Virus record (IMG/VR): IMGVR_UViG_3300021964_000014
Length of the DNA: 64,000 nucleotides
DNA from: a virus
Strand: one strand, 5' to 3'
Shown: positions 39,524 through 48,092 of the stretch, piece by piece
Position numbering within the stretch: the first letter of the stretch is position 1
Layout of the letters: every line of letters starts with the position of its first letter
Position numbers and translations under genes: made by a program
The notes under the pieces: model-generated
Databases searched by the model: none
Told to the model about the DNA's origin: nothing
What the model saw: only the letters and a program-made list of their open reading frames with translations

Positions 39524-42181
39524 TTATTTGTTTTTCTTTTTGTAGTCTTTATGCCAGTGTTCTTTTTGAGTAACTATTTTAAGTTCTTCAACAGGAATAT
39601 CTTCTACTACTTTTTTACCTTCTTTAAATAATACGTCATAATGAGTAACAACATATTTATTTCCTTCTTTTATCAAAGTATGTTTCTCTGGAATGCAAAT
39701 ACCTTCTCCGTATGTTTCATGTACTACTTTCGCTGCACAATCGTGTTTATATCCAGGAGCTGATTCTTTGGATAGTTTATCTAAATACTTAGCTTGATCG
39801 CCATGTCCTTTAACAGACTTCTTTAATTGCTTTACAATCTTTTTAACGTCTTTCTTTTCTTTCTTATTTAATTCAGCTTCATTCTTTTCAGCTTTAGTAG
39901 CGTAAATAGCTTTTCTTTGAGCGTCAGATTTATACTTACCTTCATCCATATCATCTTCTTCTTCATCGTAATATTCTTGAATCTCTTCGATGATAGATTC
40001 TAATGTAGTGTCGTATCTATTAGAACTTGAACCGAAATCAAAGGCACCGTAAGCATCTCCTTTAGATAGCATTCTTGGAAACTTCTCTCTAACAATTTCT
40101 CTAGCTTCATCTCCTTTTTGAGCCAACTCATCTAAAATAGCTTGTAGATCATAGATAGCATTTTTTTGATCTGATGAAAGTTCTGTTAGTTCTTGTCCTT
40201 TATGAGTACCTGCTACTGCTTGATCTAAATGTTTTTCTAATTCTTTCTTTTTAGCAGTTAAATCTTTTAATTGATCTACTACTGATTTATCACCGGCTTT
40301 ATATTGCTTTGCTAATTCTTTCATCTTATTAACAACTTGACCGTATGCTTTTTGAATTTTAGCTGCTTTTATTTCATCCATATTTTTACGTCTTGGATAT
40401 TGAGTTGACATATCTCTTAAGTCACCAACAACTGATTGCATTGCTTTAGCTAATGTTTCAAACTGATCAGCAGTAACTTGAATATAATCTCCTCCAAATT
40501 CAGTTTGTGATGGTACTGTAATTTGTACCATTACTCCTTTTTTACCACCAGAGAATCTTTTTATTTGCATCCCTCCTTTATCGTATAATTCAGTACCTTC
40601 GTTAACTCCTTCTTCTAAAGCTAACTTATCAATAAGAGGCTGCTTTTCTTCTGAGTCTAAATAATGATATGCTGCAGACATATAATCTCTAGCTAAGATT
40701 AATTTCTTTTGCCACCAGTTAGGAAAATCTACTTCTCCGTCTACTTGATCATATTGAGCTAATTTCTTTGCTAATTTAGCAGCATAGGTAGCTGTTTCAA
40801 AAGCAGAAGACTTTAACATACTAGGCTCATCATCTTGATGTCCTACATCTAAATCTCCTCCTTGATCTTCTACTTCATTTTCTTTTAAGTACCCTAATTG
40901 TTTAGCATACTTATATCTCAATCTAGCATCATCACCAGGTCTTTTACCGAAAGTATAGTTAGGGTCTCTTCTAACTGAGATATCAATATCACTAGCAGCT
41001 TTAGAACCAAGTTTTTCTGTATCACTAAATCCTAGTGCATTTTCTTCAATTGATTCATCCATTTCGGCTGAATGATCTACTACTTCAATATCGTTAGCTT
41101 GTAGATCCATCACTACATCATTCATAAATCCACTTGGATCTTCGTCTGGTTCTTGATATAATTCTGGGTTTTCTTTTCCTTCTGGATCGTCATACATATC
41201 GTCGAATCCGTATTCATGTCTGAATATAAAGTATATAATTACGTTTCCTGCTCCGTCGTCGTCTACTACTTCTGTTTTTACGTAAGTTGGATCTACATTA
41301 TTATCTAAAATAGACATTGTCTTTTTGTAATCTCTTCTAGATACTTTTAAGTAATGGTGATCATCTCCTTCTCCTTCTTTAACTCCCACTTTATCTCTTT
41401 TAGCAAATACCTTTTCTTTGTCTTCATCAGATAGTTGACTAAAATCCTTACCCCCAAATTCTTTATGAGCAATTAAATCCAATCTATCTGTTTCTTCATG
41501 GCTCAACTCTCTACCTTTATAATTTACTTTTTCATTTAGAGATTTGAAGTGTTTTAATAGCTCATTTGCTAGTACATCAACGTTAACGATTGCCTCTCCT
41601 GAAGGTTTAACACCTACATTAACTAGCTCTTTGTCAAATGAAAAATCCACTAGGTGCAACGAATCGTCGCTAATATAAAAAGAAAATTCATCTTCTCCTC
41701 CTTCACCTTTGTATACTACTTGAATATCAAAACTATTGGTATCTATACGATGAGCTTTCATTCTAGCTAATTCATCACCAGCTTTTTTTAATGCTATAGC
41801 TAATGCCTTTCCTACTTGTGTAGCGATGGCTTTAGTCTCATTTTTATCGAATTCGACTCCTGAGGTTTTATCTAATTTATCCACTTCTTTTAGTTTTTGT
41901 CCTTTTGCAGAATCAATTCCAGTTATATTTGGATCTTTTTTAAGGTCCATAGCAGTTTTTCTATCCATTGCAACGGCTTTAGTATCGCCGCCTTTGGTAG
42001 AGATAAACATAGTTTCTTCTTTTTCTGCTAATTGCTTCTGTAGGGATTCTTTTATGGTAGTGAGTTGCTCTACTGTTTTAGTAGAGAAGTGTTTATCTAA
42101 TGCAGGTGACTTAGTAGAGTGAATGCTTTGCAAAGCGGATTCTACCTGCGTTAGACGGTTTTTGATTTCATCGTACGTCAT
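39524..42181 (-). CDS. Putative internal head polyprotein (885 aa)
   Basis: At least 10 modules delimited by IKE/LAE/LKE/LNE/VKE/MDE/VNE/LTE sites. Confidence 0.6.
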   Translation of the reverse strand: MTYDEIKNRLTQVESALQSIHSTKSPALDKHFSTKTVEQLTTIKESLQKQLAEKEETMFISTKGGDTKAVAMDRKTAMDLKKDPNITGIDSAKGQKLKEVDKLDKTSGVEFDKNETKAIATQVGKALAIALKKAGDELARMKAHRIDTNSFDIQVVYKGEGGEDEFSFYISDDSLHLVDFSFDKELVNVGVKPSGEAIVNVDVLANELLKHFKSLNEKVNYKGRELSHEETDRLDLIAHKEFGGKDFSQLSDEDKEKVFAKRDKVGVKEGEGDDHHYLKVSRRDYKKTMSILDNNVDPTYVKTEVVDDDGAGNVIIYFIFRHEYGFDDMYDDPEGKENPELYQEPDEDPSGFMNDVVMDLQANDIEVVDHSAEMDESIEENALGFSDTEKLGSKAASDIDISVRRDPNYTFGKRPGDDARLRYKYAKQLGYLKENEVEDQGGDLDVGHQDDEPSMLKSSAFETATYAAKLAKKLAQYDQVDGEVDFPNWWQKKLILARDYMSAAYHYLDSEEKQPLIDKLALEEGVNEGTELYDKGGMQIKRFSGGKKGVMVQITVPSQTEFGGDYIQVTADQFETLAKAMQSVVGDLRDMSTQYPRRKNMDEIKAAKIQKAYGQVVNKMKELAKQYKAGDKSVVDQLKDLTAKKKELEKHLDQAVAGTHKGQELTELSSDQKNAIYDLQAILDELAQKGDEAREIVREKFPRMLSKGDAYGAFDFGSSSNRYDTTLESIIEEIQEYYDEEEDDMDEGKYKSDAQRKAIYATKAEKNEAELNKKEKKDVKKIVKQLKKSVKGHGDQAKYLDKLSKESAPGYKHDCAAKVVHETYGEGICIPEKHTLIKEGNKYVVTHYDVLFKEGKKVVEDIPVEELKIVTQKEHWHKDYKKKNK

Positions 42182-42206
42182 CGTAGTGTGTTTTATTGTA
42201 TAGCTA

Positions 42207-42219
42207 TATAAATAAATAG
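42207..42219 (-). promoter_or_regulatory. Putative late promoter CTATTTATTTATA
   Basis: Recurrent motif upstream of the 885 aa gene. Confidence 0.6.
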
Positions 42220-42220
42220 A

Positions 42221-42850
42221 TTAACTCTCCCAAATAATGTTTTTAAACTTTTCAGGGGATAATCCAAAATAATCTGTTCTCCATTGAGTTTGATCAAAGA
42301 AATCTAAATTATACCATTGGTCTTTCTTTTTCCATAGCTTTTTAGCTATATCATCCCAATCTTGTTTAACAACGAATTCTTCAATTTCTTGTTTCTTTTC
42401 CATCACATGGCAGAAATTAAAAGAATCCCATTCATAGTGAAAAACTTCAAAAACTGCTTCTGGAGACACATAATCTATTGATATATCTATTCCCCATTTG
42501 GGTTTCATTTTAACTAATTTCCATAACATTGGATTATCTTCTTCAGCAATATGCTGTATTTGTTCTAATGCTGTGGAATAAAATCCTTTTCTTTCAAATA
42601 AGTCTGAATGGTTTATATGTGCTCCTTCTTTCTTATCCCAAGTAATCCAGTCGTATCTTAAACAATCTTCATGTCTTCTTTGGATAGGTTTAAAACCATT
42701 ATAAGTAAGAAAAGCCTGTTCGGCTTTTGTAAGGTGATAACCATTTTGATCAAATAAATCTACACAGTTGGGATCTTTTAGAGTTTCTATATCTTCAGTA
42801 GGGTCTAAAAAATAAGCATTTCGATGTAATTTATTATCTGTTATTTTCAT
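42221..42850 (-). CDS. Hypothetical protein (209 aa)
   Basis: Aromatic-rich globular ORF (FDQNGYHL, INHS..FER, PKWGIDISIDY); family not recognised. Confidence 0.75.
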   Translation of the reverse strand: MKITDNKLHRNAYFLDPTEDIETLKDPNCVDLFDQNGYHLTKAEQAFLTYNGFKPIQRRHEDCLRYDWITWDKKEGAHINHSDLFERKGFYSTALEQIQHIAEEDNPMLWKLVKMKPKWGIDISIDYVSPEAVFEVFHYEWDSFNFCHVMEKKQEIEEFVVKQDWDDIAKKLWKKKDQWYNLDFFDQTQWRTDYFGLSPEKFKNIIWES

Positions 42851-43073
42851 TCTTTTTTCCTGATTTCATATTAGCACACCAATGATACATTTTTCCTTTC
42901 TCACCGCCGTACTTTTTAGCTTTTGCTCTCAAGCTAGTTACAGAACCTTTACAACTAGCTCCAGATTTTTTTACTCTACCTGGTCTAGATTTACCTTTAA
43001 CTTTACCATCTTTAAAGTTTTCATCTAATACTTCTTTTACGAGTTCTAATATTTGTGACTTTTTAAAGGGCAT
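42834..43073 (-). CDS. Small basic protein (79 aa) with cargo-like leader
   Basis: MPFKKSQILELVKEVLDE, then K/G-rich module ending MYHWCANMKSG. Confidence 0.75.
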   Translation of the reverse strand: MPFKKSQILELVKEVLDENFKDGKVKGKSRPGRVKKSGASCKGSVTSLRAKAKKYGGEKGKMYHWCANMKSGKKNENNR

Positions 43074-43260
43074 TTCTTCTTAATAATTCTCTTTTAATTA
43101 TATTCTTTTTCTTTCTATAAGAATTACTTTCATACATCTTTTTTAATTCTTCTGTAGATGTATTAGACGGTGTATAATGAATCCAGGTAAATGTATTTAA
43201 CATCTTACCTCTCTTGTCTTTATCGTATTGTTTAGTACTAGGTTTTAATTTAGCAGGCAT
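43063..43260 (-). CDS. Small basic hypothetical protein (65 aa)
   Basis: Start reassigned to ATG 43260 (MPAKLKP), which overlaps the upstream stop as TAATG. Confidence 0.7.
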   Translation of the reverse strand: MPAKLKPSTKQYDKDKRGKMLNTFTWIHYTPSNTSTEELKKMYESNSYRKKKNIIKRELLRRNAL

Positions 43261-43739
43261 TATTTCTTTTTCCAAATTTCGCCTCTTCTACAACGAACAA
43301 CTGCCCCGGAGGCGTATGCTGACGGCCAGGTGTCATATTTTTGTTTTGCTAATCTAGTACATCTATCGTCTTTCTCCATTATAACCTCTTTACCTTCTCT
43401 TTCTTGTAATAAACCTACAACTAGATTTCTAATATCTTCTCTTGTTACTTTTGCTTTCTTAGTATTTTTCACGACTTGTTTTCCTTTAGATCCGGCTTTC
43501 TTTTTCTTTTGAGCTGTTGCTGCTCTTTGGCCTTTAGTTAAACTCTGTGCTTTAGCTTTTGGTAAACATCTATCAGGATTCTTCTTATTTTTAGAAGTAC
43601 CACAAGGTCCTGCTATATTACCAGAGGATGATATTCTCACCCACTTTTCTTTTTTAAACCAATCACGTAAAGATTCCTGTACGAGTTCTCTCATAAAAGC
43701 ATAAACATCGGCAGGTATCTTTTTATTGGTATCGGTCAT
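43260..43739 (-). CDS. Basic two-module protein (159 aa), DUF5872-like from memory
   Basis: VQE|SLRDWFKKEKWV...PCG...RCLP module and IME|KDDRC...WPSAYASGAVVRCR module. Confidence 0.65.
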   Translation of the reverse strand: MTDTNKKIPADVYAFMRELVQESLRDWFKKEKWVRISSSGNIAGPCGTSKNKKNPDRCLPKAKAQSLTKGQRAATAQKKKKAGSKGKQVVKNTKKAKVTREDIRNLVVGLLQEREGKEVIMEKDDRCTRLAKQKYDTWPSAYASGAVVRCRRGEIWKKK

Positions 43740-44098
43740 TATCCTCCTATTTTTACAACTTCAGATAAAAGTTTAATTACAACACCGGTTAGTACTGTAA
43801 ATAAAATCCATAATGCTTTATTGACTCCATCTCTCCATCTTGACAGATCTTGAACTTCAGCCATTTTATTTGCAAACTCTTTATCTCCTTGTTCCATTTT
43901 TCTCCTGAAGGCTGTGTTTTGATTTGTCTTAACGATTACTCCGTCTTCAGGATTGAGTAATGTATACTTTAACTCCGACATATCTTCTTTTAAATCCTTA
44001 ACATCTTCTACCATAGCCTGGAGTTCTCCATTAGGCATATGTTTCTTTATATGTACAAGCTCTGATAATACGGATTCTAGCAGCTGCTTTTGTGTCAT
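43739..44098 (-). CDS. Coiled-coil protein with one C-terminal TM helix (holin/XhlA-like topology)
   Basis: ALWILFTVLTGVVIKLL at the C-terminus; leader MTQKQLLES. Confidence 0.55.
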   Translation of the reverse strand: MTQKQLLESVLSELVHIKKHMPNGELQAMVEDVKDLKEDMSELKYTLLNPEDGVIVKTNQNTAFRRKMEQGDKEFANKMAEVQDLSRWRDGVNKALWILFTVLTGVVIKLLSEVVKIGG

Positions 44099-44122
44099 AA
44101 TGCTTTGTAATAGTATTGTAAA

Positions 44123-44136
44123 TATAAATATAAATA
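44123..44136 (-). promoter_or_regulatory. Putative late promoter (tandem TATTTATA)
   Basis: Plus strand tataaatataaata in the intergenic gap. Confidence 0.55.
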
Positions 44137-44140
44137 TATA

Positions 44141-44716
44141 CTACTCTACCTTACTCCGAAGGTATGTTATAAATTCTTGGAATTTGTCAGTATACATCTC
44201 TTTTGCCTTAGATTTATTAACCTTCCAGGTTTCTACATCACCCTGTTCAGTAACAAAAGAATCCTCTGCATTTAACATATCCTGTAGTTCTTGCTCTAGT
44301 TGAGCTATGAAAAATTCTATATTCCCTTTACGGGCATGTATTAAATAATTTTCATATTGACCGTTCCTTTTAAGTTCAGCTTCATAGTCAATAAAACAAT
44401 TGAAACACATTTTATTAACCTTATAAATCTTTTTACTCAAATGGTGAGACATAGACCCACTACATTTTGGACAAGCTAAAGGAACATGTACTGCTTTTTT
44501 AGCTTTATCTAATTTGGTGATGTTTTGCTTTAAACCATTTTTAATGGTCCACTGCTTTCCATTTTCTTCCCAGATATCTCCTTCCTCATGTCTAGTTGAT
44601 TGTCTATTATAGCCAGATTGATACTTAGTTTTAGACGTATAATCCTTATTAACTAAGTTTCTTATTCTCTCTACGTCTGATGGTCTAAACTCTTTTTTTA
44701 GAGCATTATCACTCAT
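44141..44716 (-). CDS. Zinc-finger-containing hypothetical protein (191 aa)
   Basis: CPKC...CFNC; EGDIWEENGKQWTIKNG. Confidence 0.7.
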   Translation of the reverse strand: MSDNALKKEFRPSDVERIRNLVNKDYTSKTKYQSGYNRQSTRHEEGDIWEENGKQWTIKNGLKQNITKLDKAKKAVHVPLACPKCSGSMSHHLSKKIYKVNKMCFNCFIDYEAELKRNGQYENYLIHARKGNIEFFIAQLEQELQDMLNAEDSFVTEQGDVETWKVNKSKAKEMYTDKFQEFITYLRSKVE

Positions 44717-45299
44717 AACCTAATTCTTTTAGTCCTTGAATAGCAGGACCAATATCACCACCTTTAACTCTAAAAGCGATTCCTCCAGAAGCTATCCATT
44801 CTTTAATATTTGATTTTTTATCGTCTATAAGAATGCTATTTTCGTTAGCATATCTTTGTTTATCTGCTGAGTAAGCCATTATTACTTTAGGCTTAGGGTT
44901 TAAATTATTTTTAGCCCAGAGTTGTTTACCCAATCTAGATCCATTATCTCTAGAAGGAGAAGTTAAAAGGTCTGGTTTATATGGAGATATAAAGTTCCAT
45001 AATTCTTTACCTTGCGGCATCCAGTCCATTCCAACCCAAAACCCTATACCTACAATCTTATCAATAAAGTTCCAAAACTCCTCTATGCCGAATATAGCTT
45101 CAAAGTCTTTAGGTTTTACTACCTTCTGAATATCTTTCATAGGGTAATAATCAGGACCTACTTCATTAAGTTTTTGATGAAATCTCTTTTCGAAATCAGT
45201 TAGTACACCATCCATATCACAGTATATCTTGTAAGGAGGTACTTCTTTTTGTTCCGGAAGCGGATAAGCTTCTAATAAATCTACAATACTTGTATTCAT
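44709..45299 (-). CDS. HAD-superfamily 5'(3')-nucleotidase (NT5C-like)
   Basis: IYCDMDGVLTDF (motif I), LLTSP, K, ILIDDKKSNIKEW (motif IV). Confidence 0.88.
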   Translation of the reverse strand: MNTSIVDLLEAYPLPEQKEVPPYKIYCDMDGVLTDFEKRFHQKLNEVGPDYYPMKDIQKVVKPKDFEAIFGIEEFWNFIDKIVGIGFWVGMDWMPQGKELWNFISPYKPDLLTSPSRDNGSRLGKQLWAKNNLNPKPKVIMAYSADKQRYANENSILIDDKKSNIKEWIASGGIAFRVKGGDIGPAIQGLKELGYE

Positions 45300-45329
45300 A
45301 TAACCTTTATTTAACTATAGTTTCTTTAT

Positions 45330-45362
45330 TAAATATAAGAACTTTTACGTTAAGATCCAACT
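45330..45362 (-). promoter_or_regulatory. Host-type (Bacteroidota sigma-A-like) promoter
   Basis: agTTG-N20-TATATTTA. Confidence 0.65.
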
Positions 45363-45490
45363 TTTCTAGTGACTTTTTTTTCATAAGGCATATCTTGTAT
45401 CATGGTTGTGCTTCCGCATTTACTACATTTTGCTAAATATGAACCTGTTTTCCAGTATGACTTGATCATATACTCGTTACAGCACTTCAT
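45350..45490 (-). CDS. Small Cys-rich zinc-ribbon-like protein (46 aa); not in ORF track
   Basis: MKCCNEYMIKSYWKTGSYLAKCSKCGSTTMIQDMPYEKKVTRKVGS*; TAATG coupling to the upstream gene. Confidence 0.6.
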   Translation of the reverse strand: MKCCNEYMIKSYWKTGSYLAKCSKCGSTTMIQDMPYEKKVTRKVGS

Positions 45491-47163
45491 TAACTATTCT
45501 TTAAATTATCTTCCCAGTTTCTAAAAGTTATATTGCCTAATGTATATGCTTCTTTTTCTAATTCTAATAACTTAGAATCAGCAGTAGTATCTTGTGTCTG
45601 TATATTATGTAAAGTACCTTGTAAGTTTTGCATATGATGAATCATTTCATGAGCATATGATCTTACAATATCTTTATCATGTCTTCCTAAGGTATATAAA
45701 ACTATTTCTCTAGCATTAGGATCGTAGTATGCTGTTTTACCAAAAAAGTTAGAAGCATTTGCTTCATCTTTTCTTAATTTAACTTCAGGTAAAGGTTCTA
45801 TATTCATTCCATTATCCAACATGTATTCTGTTAGAGAAGTAATATAGTCTTTGAGTTGAGGTTTGGATTGTTCTACACCTTCTTTCATTTCTGGATGAAA
45901 CATAAACTTAACAATGGTAGCATCTTTAGCTACTTCTTTACCGTCTATTTCTATTCCAATTGGATAAGGTTTAGTTTTATCATCTGCCCAATAAGCTACG
46001 TCGTAACTTTTATCTTCATTACTTGTTACTAATAGACCTCTATTGTATGTATCTTCTTCTGCTTGGAGTACAACCATTTTACCGGTAGGAAGAATCATAT
46101 CACCCATTAGTTTAATATCACCTTCGTCGTACCCGTCTTTATTATATCGATTTTCCTGTAAATTAGAAATATCAACAACCCATATTTGAGGGTCGATTCC
46201 ATTCTTTACTAATCCTGATAGTCTGGTATTACCAGCAACTAAGTCGTAATCGTTGTCAGAGAACTTAACAGCTATCGACATTTCGATTGTACCTCTTTTA
46301 AATGCGTCTAAGAATCTTTGTTTTTTAGGTTCTTCTAAACTATCAAAGTTGAGGTCTACATTTCCTAAGTTTCTTTTAATAGAACTATAAGAAACAGGTT
46401 TTCCTTTTTTAGCTATATTTAACCAACCTTCTTTACCCATTTTTACAAATTCTGGGTATCGGTTAGCTTCTTCCCATTCAGCATCAAAGTTAGGATTAGT
46501 GTATGTTATGTCTTTATTTTCATTAAAGTAACCTTCTACAAATCCTTCAATATTTGATCCTAATATTTCTGCTACTATTTTATCTTTCAAATCGTTTAAT
46601 ATATTTAATATTTCTTCTCTAGATAATTCTTCAGGGAAAAAATCTACAATTGTATCTAAATTACCAGATAGTATATTCTTTCTAAAATCTGTTGCTCTTA
46701 CTCCTGATCCAGGTGCTGATGCAAAAGCTAACCCTTGTACGTTATCAACGTTGTTAAATGTTGTAACTCTCCTTAGATCTACAAAGTCTTCTTCACCTCT
46801 TATCCCTGTTACTGCTACAAATTCACTTTCTGTATTTTCTCTTGCATAATCTTTAGCAGCAAACATTGGATTTTTTTGTCCATCTACTATTTCAACATTA
46901 CCTAGATGTTTCTTATAAATATTCCAAATATGAGTAGCTTCCTCTTTATCTATTCCATTTCTTTCTCCTCCACCTATAAAAATGATTACTTTATCTATTT
47001 TAGGTTTATTGTTATTATTACCTTTAAATAAACTTGAAGCTTTATCTTGGTAATCATCTTTATTATATAACGTACCATTATAAGAGCCGTCGAGTAAAGA
47101 TTTTACTACGTTAAAATGACCTCTATGAGGTGGTTTAAATGCTCCTGGGTATAATGCTATCAT
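45490..47163 (-). CDS. Multidomain protein: HIGH-family nucleotidyltransferase + ParB/Srx-like + unknown + HExxH metallopeptidase
   Basis: YPGAFKPPHRGH and VRATDFRK; YDLVAGNTRL; AYYDP...RSYAHEMIHHMQ...LEKEAY. Confidence 0.8.
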   Translation of the reverse strand: MIALYPGAFKPPHRGHFNVVKSLLDGSYNGTLYNKDDYQDKASSLFKGNNNNKPKIDKVIIFIGGGERNGIDKEEATHIWNIYKKHLGNVEIVDGQKNPMFAAKDYARENTESEFVAVTGIRGEEDFVDLRRVTTFNNVDNVQGLAFASAPGSGVRATDFRKNILSGNLDTIVDFFPEELSREEILNILNDLKDKIVAEILGSNIEGFVEGYFNENKDITYTNPNFDAEWEEANRYPEFVKMGKEGWLNIAKKGKPVSYSSIKRNLGNVDLNFDSLEEPKKQRFLDAFKRGTIEMSIAVKFSDNDYDLVAGNTRLSGLVKNGIDPQIWVVDISNLQENRYNKDGYDEGDIKLMGDMILPTGKMVVLQAEEDTYNRGLLVTSNEDKSYDVAYWADDKTKPYPIGIEIDGKEVAKDATIVKFMFHPEMKEGVEQSKPQLKDYITSLTEYMLDNGMNIEPLPEVKLRKDEANASNFFGKTAYYDPNAREIVLYTLGRHDKDIVRSYAHEMIHHMQNLQGTLHNIQTQDTTADSKLLELEKEAYTLGNITFRNWEDNLKNS

Positions 47164-48092
47164 GCTAAAAATGCTTGTACTTTTGAATCTATTTCTTTAG
47201 GAGTTGAATGCTGTAAAAGTTTTTGAAACTTTTCATTAAATAACATATCAGCTATATTATCTAAAACTTCAGTTTCTCTTTGATCTTGTTTTGCTTTTCT
47301 ATCTCTATACTTTTTTAGAACATCTCTCATTTTATCTAATCCAGGTCCTACTCCATTTTTATCATAAGCATCTTTAAATGCTTTCTTTAAAGCTCTATCT
47401 TCTCCGTACCCTTCTTTATCGTAATCTAAACTACCAATATGTTTTTTAAACTCTTCTTCTTCTTGAGTAGATAATTCAATAGGTTTTCTAAAAGTAGAAC
47501 CCCCTATATTGTTTGCTTCATTATATCTTTCTAAATAATCTTTAATACCAGAAGGTCCATTTTTTGCTGCTGTATTAAAAGCTTCTATTTCTTTACTATA
47601 TTTTCCTCCTCTATCGGAAACATGAATAGCTAAATTACCATTAGTAATTTTATCATATTCAGCAATTAGTTGGTAAACATTTCTCCAGGTTGAGAAGACA
47701 GCTGATCCGGGTACGTTTCTATCAGCTCTAGAAAAGTTAGAAATATAAGAAATCATAGGGTGAGTATACACCATTACCATGAATACATTATACCCTTTAT
47801 TAATTAGCTCATTAACCTTCTTAGGGTTAGAAGCTGTCGTATCCCATACAAAGCTAGTTCCTTTGTCTGATAGTTCCTCCGCCTCTTTGTCCGCTAGTCG
47901 AGCCCCTTGAGATAGATTGTTGTACGCTGGATGATCCTTGTCTTCCACGTATTTGTCTGGGTTGACTTGGGGGAGTGATGATAGGTTTAACTGGTTTAAC
48001 AGGTATGTTTTCCCTGCTCCAGCTCCTCCCGCCATTACTACCACTTTCGGGCCTGAGGTAGATTCTAGGATTAGATCTGTTAATTTGATCAT
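47160..48092 (-). CDS. P-loop small-molecule kinase (zeta toxin/AAA_33-like) with leader MIKLTDLILES
   Basis: VMAGGAGAGKT, VNPD, FVWDTT, R...R lid (RADRNV). Confidence 0.8.
   Translation of the reverse strand: MIKLTDLILESTSGPKVVVMAGGAGAGKTYLLNQLNLSSLPQVNPDKYVEDKDHPAYNNLSQGARLADKEAEELSDKGTSFVWDTTASNPKKVNELINKGYNVFMVMVYTHPMISYISNFSRADRNVPGSAVFSTWRNVYQLIAEYDKITNGNLAIHVSDRGGKYSKEIEAFNTAAKNGPSGIKDYLERYNEANNIGGSTFRKPIELSTQEEEEFKKHIGSLDYDKEGYGEDRALKKAFKDAYDKNGVGPGLDKMRDVLKKYRDRKAKQDQRETEVLDNIADMLFNEKFQKLLQHSTPKEIDSKVQAFLA

Noticed and set aside
47160-48092. Epsilon/zeta toxin-antitoxin pair
   Set aside because: No antitoxin-like partner; motifs support only a P-loop kinase of that superfamily
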